Source: Lentisphaeria bacterium
GTDB lineage: Bacteria; Verrucomicrobiota; Lentisphaeria; JABSQK01; JAWLHB01
NCBI GenBank assembly: GCA_041690595.1
Contig: JAWLHB010000045.1
Coordinates: 50,184 to 70,183, forward strand
Reading direction: 5' to 3'
DNA length: 20,000 nucleotides
Shown piece by piece: positions 9,701 through 14,512 of the stretch (its first letter is position 1; the number at the start of each line of letters is the position of its first letter). Below the pieces are notes generated by a model. The model was not told the origin of the DNA. It did no database searches and saw only the letters and a list, made by a program, of their open reading frames with translations. Both the position numbers and the translations under genes were made by a program.

Positions 9701-10257
9701 ACCGGGTGATCAGCCGCGATCTTACGGGCCAGTGCCACTTTTGAGCCATAGCGCTGCAGTGCCGGCGGGCTCATGGGCGTTTCAGTGCCGGCATCCCGGA
9801 TGGCTTCGGCGTAGAAGTCGATGCCGAATGTCTTCAGGAAATCGGGGATGTCACCCAGGCCTTCCTCGTGGTAACCGCCCGAGGTGTTCAGGATGAAGAG
9901 CACGCCGCCACCGGCGCGCATGTACTCTTCGATGTAGCGCTGGCGCTCCTGATTGAGGCGCTGATCGGCATGGATGAAGCCGTAGCTGGAGATGACCACA
10001 GCATGGTAGCGACGCAGGACGTGGGGCGTGATCTCGCTCCACTGGCCGGCGAAGACGTCGAAACCGTGCGCTTCCAGTTCGTCGAGATAGGTGGTCTCCA
10101 TGTAGACGCCCGGTTTGCCGATGAAGAGCAGCGCGGGTCTGCCCTCCGGTTCGGCCGCGGCTGTTTGGCTGCAAGTAGTGATCAGCAGGGCGGCGAGCAT
10201 GATTAACAGGCCGCGTGCGGCACGATTCAAGGGCGGCAGATAGCAGTTTCTGAGCAT
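6781..10257 (-). CDS. Large secreted multidomain protein (~1158 aa): N-terminal alpha/beta (GATase-like) domain plus degenerate PHP-like domain
   Basis: Start moved from 10392 to ATG 10257, which follows an AAGGAG RBS and begins a signal peptide (RAARGLLIMLAALLITTCSQTAAA). YHAVVI...YMRAGGGVLF...HPVTRGV...GRMAVLG resembles class-I GATase-like/DUF4350-type domains. GVCGAHTTYSTG...AAKRNGFDFLIFAED...AGLEY resembles PHP motifs. Confidence 0.75.
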   Translation of the reverse strand: MLRNCYLPPLNRAARGLLIMLAALLITTCSQTAAAEPEGRPALLFIGKPGVYMETTYLDELEAHGFDVFAGQWSEITPHVLRRYHAVVISSYGFIHADQRLNQERQRYIEEYMRAGGGVLFILNTSGGYHEEGLGDIPDFLKTFGIDFYAEAIRDAGTETPMSPPALQRYGSKVALARKIAADHPVTRGVEAIWYPVGWGGHAQAAATPVNTSHQWQSLVETAPTAELQIAKQVPQRLWRDKRPDGPYSLLSVRQVDAGRMAVLGVAPQWIVWTPYYPPLGEVVMKKGEKGVPSDFWKLLENTYAWLAQPSLDAGLYGPDIAKRPPIARDTPTVAWDQMDFPGKPTGYYRGVCGAHTTYSTGTGTVAEWVEAAKRNGFDFLIFAEDLVHMNQEKWESLQADCLAASDENFIACAGLEYQNASGNRGFLPWGNKRPWISGAYLTDDGKQINVDRGWSPQKGHGATDHKSGQIQLWLEQKCTGYFDHESNQAPFWDYKLYNMFTVWSYERGKPLDDALDKLLHANSLHVNPRPYALDLMFSPEELDGAAKNGRPFLVTSADNDPRMPEQATLERVFKRFVVSDPEVPDRQVYRSWVGPVATQGPKLRLLFRGGYRWMGIEFPRYWIERHQGIETRDWFMDSWYRLKVRLDAESEAGLADITIYDGETLIRRFDPKGATDFTVDFDLLQDQNRHLAAVVTDKNGHRAVSNEIWMEQQQRLYNYCGDRVNVPLSIYSPIHGGPTYRHIRLKRGRIDDKALRANRTPRDEVRRFFVDLVSPDVLIERYRTDWVYHWDELTDQHGWHNWAPHHERDDYTLEQRGYEYYNRHGQGVSHKSHHTQKVYWDGFGEATADMKEGPQPAELHVFEHELTLKKPLELDANGFFAKTVIESQAPEAVEYALIEPGGGVIRGTVNKDTESTMIPIPSGSVLTMQSTERGESIQWQGDDLAFRVAWEDDHAVVESGVHVGDRNRAGETFTWRFQRIDRAVDVEQVLKPEWFALKTGQLDGLPLCELHVKAENGAAAILLKEAAFDTNMQPIIVDGVNPNASAFLYRKDQGLIRPVGVYDKKAFCQVPATLKGTELVVGNLLTTDYSELHITTVRETDDRGEPTGVWMVEAHNPTDREITAILAPAPAFAILEDGAHTVTVAPRSSVDFKVNEK

Positions 10258-10355
10258 GATATGGGACTCCTTTGGATGATGACTTTGGATCAGCGCACGA
10301 CGCGATGTTCGCCGGGCTGCAGCGCCCATCGGGCCCACATAGCTGCGGTTCCCGG

Positions 10356-10469
10356 TCAAGTGCTCGGCAAACTGTCGCACGAGGTTCGACACCGCTCGAT
10401 CAAAGTGAACGGCTGGCGCCTGGTGCAGGATGTGGGGTGCTGGTTTTCTCTCGTCTCTCTGTGACTCAT
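10356..10469 (-). pseudogene. Truncated prepilin-type (FTLIE) gene relic, 37 codons
   Basis: AAGGAG RBS (10484-10479), then ATG 10469: MSHRETRENQHPTSCTRRQPFTLIERCRTSCDSLPST*. The leader resembles the intact pilin at 13714 (MHRET...RRSCFTLIE), but similarity stops right after FTLIE and there is no hydrophobic helix. Confidence 0.8.
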
Positions 10470-10506
10470 GTTCAGGGTCTCCTTTCTTGGCTAACTGAAG
10501 GGGCGA

Positions 10507-11565
10507 TCATTCTACGCTCCCCTCGGTCACGCGGAGGGAACCGTGCGAGAGCATGATTGGGTGCACCAGCTCGCGCACCGGTGGCTGGTCGGTGGTGACA
10601 ACGCGCATGGCTCGCTCTGTGGTGGCCAACCGCTGAAAACTCATCGTATCGACATGCATTCGCGGCTCGCCGGGGGCCTCTATCGCGATCAGGCCGATGT
10701 CTTCCGGCACGCACAACTCGCGCTGCGCGAACGTCTGCTGCAGCACCTTTGCGCTCCTGGCGTTGTTGAGAACCAGCGCACTGTTGGCTGGCACTCTGGC
10801 GAGGATGCCCTGGAGGTCGCCCGAGTGCCCGGGCGGGAGCAGTACATAATCGTCTACAAGGGGCACGCCATCCTCGCGCCTGGCTTGCCGGAGACCGGCA
10901 TGGTGCAGCCCGCAGGCAGGCGCAGAAGTGTCGGCATAGCCGAAGTAAAAGATGTGCCGATAGCCGGCGCGCGCGACCGCCACCGCGGCCAGGCGGGCGG
11001 CGCGCTGATAGTCGGGCATCAGGTATTCCTGGTCGGGAAGTTCCGGCCGATAGTGCTCGATATGGATGACCCTCACCCCGGCCGCCGCCACCTCGTCCAG
11101 CAACGCGTCGTTGCGCGGCTCCACGGGGGAGCAGAAGGCCAGCAGCGCCTGGTGACGCTGATCGCGTACCTGCTGCAGAAAGAGACGCTCGGCATCCGGG
11201 TTCCAGGCTGTCTGCAGCTGAGAGTAGACGCTGAGCAAATGGCCGTTGGCCAGTGCCGCATGCTGCAGGGGCACCAGATCCTCCTCCCCGAACATGTACA
11301 TGTAGGATATCATCCTGGGGCTTGAGTGGACCCCGGGTGCCGCCTTGACGAAGACGCCGGCACCACGTCGCGCCCACACGCGCCGTTCATCCTTCAACCG
11401 CGAAATGACCTTGTTGACGGTCGTCACGCTGGCGCTGTAGCTTGCGGCCAATTCGAGTTGTTTCGGCAGGCGTTCGCCTTCCTCAAGCACCCCCTCATCG
11501 ATCTGACGACGGAGATCGAGGTAGATGTCGTGGCAGCGGTAACCTGTATGCGTCTTAGGGGGCAT
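10507..11565 (-). CDS. GntR-family winged-HTH regulator with C-terminal LacI/periplasmic-binding-protein-like sensor (AraR-type architecture)
   Basis: IYLDLRRQIDEGVLEEGERLPKQLELAASYSASVTTVNKVISRL...RRGAGVFV is a GntR HTH. The C-terminus has GYRHI, VPEDIGLI and LSHGS, typical of LacI-type sensors. ATG 11565 follows GAGG; TTG 11571 is an alternative start. Confidence 0.92.
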   Translation of the reverse strand: MPPKTHTGYRCHDIYLDLRRQIDEGVLEEGERLPKQLELAASYSASVTTVNKVISRLKDERRVWARRGAGVFVKAAPGVHSSPRMISYMYMFGEEDLVPLQHAALANGHLLSVYSQLQTAWNPDAERLFLQQVRDQRHQALLAFCSPVEPRNDALLDEVAAAGVRVIHIEHYRPELPDQEYLMPDYQRAARLAAVAVARAGYRHIFYFGYADTSAPACGLHHAGLRQARREDGVPLVDDYVLLPPGHSGDLQGILARVPANSALVLNNARSAKVLQQTFAQRELCVPEDIGLIAIEAPGEPRMHVDTMSFQRLATTERAMRVVTTDQPPVRELVHPIMLSHGSLRVTEGSVE

Positions 11566-11599
11566 GCTCAATCCTCAACTTTCGGACCTGCTCACTCTG

Positions 11600-11634
11600 A
11601 TACTTACGTTTACGTTTAGCAGGTGCCTTGTCAA
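11600..11634 (-). promoter_or_regulatory. Putative sigma70 promoter of the GntR gene with overlapping tandem repeat (candidate operator)
   Basis: The minus strand reads TTGACA (11634-11629) aggcacctgc TAAACG TAAACG TAAGTAT. The -35 is perfect; the -10 is weak and lies within the TAAACG repeats. An AT-rich tract lies just upstream (11641-11668). Confidence 0.5.
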
Positions 11635-11713
11635 ACAGGCAACTAAAATAAGTATGGAATAATTAGATTGCGCGGCCGCGACGGCGCCTCTCCGATGTTC
11701 CGGGCTTGGTGCA

Positions 11714-11772
11714 CCCGCACCAGCTGCCTGGGTCAGTATTGCCCAACCGGCTCGGTGATTTTTGTGGTGTAT
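11714..11772 (-). pseudogene. Relic of the 5' end of a diverged homolog of the 1336..4614 gene
   Basis: 50/59 nt identical, ungapped, to 4545..4603. Translates YTTKITEPVGQY*PRQLVR versus YTLKITEPVGQYWPRQLVR. Confidence 0.85.
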
Positions 11773-11834
11773 CGCTCAGCAGGCAGGTGTGCTTGTTGCC
11801 TTTGCTCCAGCCTTACAGCTCGCCATGCCGATGC

Positions 11835-12275
11835 TTATTCGCTCCTTGCGCCCTTTTCCAGCAGTCTCAAGGTGTTGACGTCCGGCTGTCCTTGGTAGTA
11901 CTTTTCGAGAGCCTCAGCAAAGAGGCTCTCCGCGGACTCGCAAAGCGAGAACAACGTAACGGAGGAGTGGAACTTCCACGTGTCGGGCTCTCCAAAGATG
12001 TCGTACGCGGTAGCACCCTGAACTTGCAGCACGAGGGACGTGCATGCGTTCAGGCGTGCTCCCAGCAGGGGATGGAGCAGGTAACGCTGTGCTTGGTCAA
12101 GGGAATCGATGGCGTATCTTTCGGACATCCAGCTGTAGCCGAGTCCGCGCAGCTGAGGAAAGATGAACCACATCCAGTGCGAGGTTTTCGCTCCAGCGGC
12201 CAGTTCGCGGAGCACCTGGCCATAAACGGGTGCCTGCGCATCAACGAAGTGGGAAAATTCATCAGGCTGTGTCAT
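11835..12275 (-). CDS. DUF1810 family protein
   Basis: FVDAQAPVYGQVLRELAAGAKTSHWMWFIFPQLRGLG.S..YAI...YLLHPLLGARL...IFG.PD..KFHSSVTLF matches the recognisable DUF1810 pattern. ATG 12275 is preferred over TTG 12293. Confidence 0.9.
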   Translation of the reverse strand: MTQPDEFSHFVDAQAPVYGQVLRELAAGAKTSHWMWFIFPQLRGLGYSWMSERYAIDSLDQAQRYLLHPLLGARLNACTSLVLQVQGATAYDIFGEPDTWKFHSSVTLFSLCESAESLFAEALEKYYQGQPDVNTLRLLEKGARSE

Positions 12276-12493
12276 CTGTCTTCGACTCTGCAAAGGGTTA
12301 GACGTTCGGTCTGCCTAAGGTAGGTGCGTGCGGAGAGGATTGCCAGAGTCGCAGCAGCGCTGGCAGGCCGTCAGAGGCAACGGGCGGAACTGAACCGATG
12401 ATGCGGGGGGCGCGGGAACGCAAGCCAGTCAGGCGTGTGGCTTTTCAGGATTGGGGAAGCGGACGATTGGAAGGTGCTTTTTTCGAGTTTGAC

Positions 12494-12557
12494 TTGACTA
12501 CTACCGGACAGAAGTTAGATTCGCGGGATTGAAACGGTTCAATGTAAGGTTCAATTC
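12494..12557 (+). promoter_or_regulatory. Promoter and LacI-type operator upstream of the LacI gene
   Basis: TTGACT (12494-12499)-N16-TAGATT (12516-12521). Near-perfect palindrome ATTGAAACGGTTCAAT (12528-12543) with central CG, and an extra half-site GGTTCAAT at 12549-12556. Confidence 0.7.
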
Positions 12558-12573
12558 ACTCCGGTCAGCAGAG

Positions 12574-13632
12574 ATGAATGTAACAATACGAGACGTGGCC
12601 AGACATGCCGGGCTAAGCTTGGGAACAGCCAGCGGCGTACTCAACGGAAGTGACAAGTTCTCTGAGGCAACCAGGAAGCGGGTCTGGGAAGCGGCACTGA
12701 AGCTGGACTACACGCCGAACCGACAGGCTCAGACGTTGCGGGCAACGGGAAGCGCGCAGGGACGGGCACGAACGGGCGTCATCATGCATGTGTCGCATCT
12801 TGGGAGTGAGTCGCCTTTGGGGGATAGTTTCGAGGCGGAGCGATCGCTGACGATGTCGTGGCTGGCGCAGCAGTTGGGCATGTACCCCATCTCTTACTGG
12901 TACCGTCGGCGCAGCGGCTTTCAGTGTCCGCCCGTGCTGAATGGCTACGTGGATGGAGCCATCGTGGGAACGCCTCACGTGGAGGTCGTGGAGATCCTGC
13001 GTAAGAAGGTGCCCGTGGTGCTTATGGATGTGCCTTTTTCGGCGGATGTGGCGGACGTGCCAATGGTCAATGCGGATTGGCGGCATGGGATCGCGACATT
13101 GATGGGTGACCTGGCCGAACGTGGTCATCGGCGCCTGGGGCTGATCCACTCGACAGCCGAGGGGGATGGTGTGTCCACCGAGGTCCCCAAGGTGCGGATC
13201 ATGAAAGAGACAGCCAAGGCGGCCGGGCTGACGATTTCAGATGGCTGTTGCCTTTCAGACGCGATTGTGCCGGAGACGCACGATGGGATGATGGCGGACT
13301 TGTCGGAGGCGTTTGCCGGGTTAATCCGGGAAGGCAGACTGACCGCGATCATGGCGTCTGGCGAGTTCTACGCCGCCAGCCTGCACGAGAATCTGGTGCG
13401 GCTGGGGATCAGGGTGCCTGAAGATGTGAGCATCGCCATGACCTCCTCGGGGCTGGAGGGAGCGACAAGCACGATAGCGAAGGTGACCGTCGATTGGACC
13501 GCGATGATACAGACCGCGCTGGAGGTACTTTCCGCACAGATGAGCGGGAGGTCATTACCCTGCCGGGAATACCTGGTGCCGTCACGCGTACTCGCTGGGA
13601 CCAGCATTGGCTCTGTGCCGGAAACCAGCTAG
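12574..13632 (+). CDS. LacI-family transcriptional regulator
   Basis: MNVTIRDVARHAGLSLGTASGVLNG...SEATRKRVWEAALKLDYTPNRQAQTL is a LacI HTH plus hinge helix. GHRRLG and GIRVPEDVSI are sensor-domain motifs. Start placed at ATG 12574 because TTG 12529 lies in the operator. Confidence 0.95.
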   Translation: MNVTIRDVARHAGLSLGTASGVLNGSDKFSEATRKRVWEAALKLDYTPNRQAQTLRATGSAQGRARTGVIMHVSHLGSESPLGDSFEAERSLTMSWLAQQLGMYPISYWYRRRSGFQCPPVLNGYVDGAIVGTPHVEVVEILRKKVPVVLMDVPFSADVADVPMVNADWRHGIATLMGDLAERGHRRLGLIHSTAEGDGVSTEVPKVRIMKETAKAAGLTISDGCCLSDAIVPETHDGMMADLSEAFAGLIREGRLTAIMASGEFYAASLHENLVRLGIRVPEDVSIAMTSSGLEGATSTIAKVTVDWTAMIQTALEVLSAQMSGRSLPCREYLVPSRVLAGTSIGSVPETS

Positions 13633-13713
13633 TACCTACCTCTCTCCATGAGAACCAAGAATCGTTAAAGAACCGACGAGCCAAGCTCAACCAGCAACAA
13701 GGAGGATTCAGTC

Positions 13714-14430
13714 ATGCATCGCGAAACCATCACATCGTTGCCTGAACAGTCCCTCTGGGGAGACGCTTTCCCGAGCAGACGGAGCTGCTTTACGCTGATC
13801 GAGCTTCTCGTCGTCATCGCGATTATCTCCATTCTGGCAAGTCTGCTCCTCCCTGCTCTGAGCCAAGCCAGGCAGGTTGCCCAAAGAACGGCCTGCAGCA
13901 ACAATCTCCGCCAGTTGAACATGAGCGCCGCCGGCTACGCCGATGCCAACGACGAGTGGGTCCTTGCAGCCAATGGCCCTGACGCGCAGAAGACGCGTTG
14001 GTGGAACAGACTTTCGGACGAACTCGGGGCTGATGCATTTGCGAGGCTGGGGCGTTGCCCATCGGACAAGAGCCCGCTGGCGGGAGGTTCCTATGCCTAC
14101 AGCCGATCTCTCGGGTGCAGGATGTGGAGCGACGCTTATGGTTTGAACTTCAGACGACTTTCAAGAATCACAAATCCGGTCGGTTGCCTGCGGCTCGCCG
14201 ATGGTTACACGGATCTCATGCCGATCACCGTGCTTGGGGTCAACCACTCCCAGATGACAGCTTGGATGTACCTGAACATCCCGGCGGGGGTTGGCATGAA
14301 CCAACTTGGTTTCCGTCACCCAAACATCATCGGCAACGTCAACATGGCCTTCATGGACGGACATGTCTCTCACCACAATCACGCCGGATCACGAGAGATC
14401 ATCACCAAGCAGAATGGCTGCTTCAACTGA
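13714..14430 (+). CDS. Prepilin-type N-terminal cleavage/methylation protein with C-terminal H-Xn-DG motif (DUF1559-like)
   Basis: [43 protein letters not shown], an internal CPSD, and C-terminal [29 protein letters not shown] upstream. Confidence 0.95.
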   Translation: MHRETITSLPEQSLWGDAFPSRRSCFTLIELLVVIAIISILASLLLPALSQARQVAQRTACSNNLRQLNMSAAGYADANDEWVLAANGPDAQKTRWWNRLSDELGADAFARLGRCPSDKSPLAGGSYAYSRSLGCRMWSDAYGLNFRRLSRITNPVGCLRLADGYTDLMPITVLGVNHSQMTAWMYLNIPAGVGMNQLGFRHPNIIGNVNMAFMDGHVSHHNHAGSREIITKQNGCFN

Positions 14431-14512
14431 TCGCTGGAAAACCGGAGTGGATTCGGGTCAGCCGCGGGTGCGCCCGTTTCCCCCAACCAACAAGACCCAG
14501 GAGGAGTTTCTC

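Noticed and set aside
11733..11735. TGA aligned to a Trp codon, suggesting TGA=Trp recoding
   Set aside because: TGA terminates intact genes here (SDR, gnd, pilin) and Trp is encoded by TGG; a nonsense mutation in a relic is simpler.
4545..11772. Possible diversity-generating retroelement TR/VR pair (4545-4603 vs 11714-11772)
   Set aside because: Mismatches are not adenine-specific on either strand, are mostly synonymous and fall at the N-terminus; no reverse transcriptase is present.
12297..12303. GTTAGAC, resembling an integron attC/attI core beside the DUF1810 gene
   Set aside because: No complementary partner box forming an attC stem was found, its orientation does not fit a cassette start for a minus-strand gene, and there is no integrase.
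14306..14512. 69-aa N-terminal extension of the DUF4838-like ORF overlapping the pilin gene
   Set aside because: ATG 14513 has a strong RBS and begins a signal peptide; the extension looks like an incidental open frame. The same reasoning applies to the 10392 and 12529 starts.
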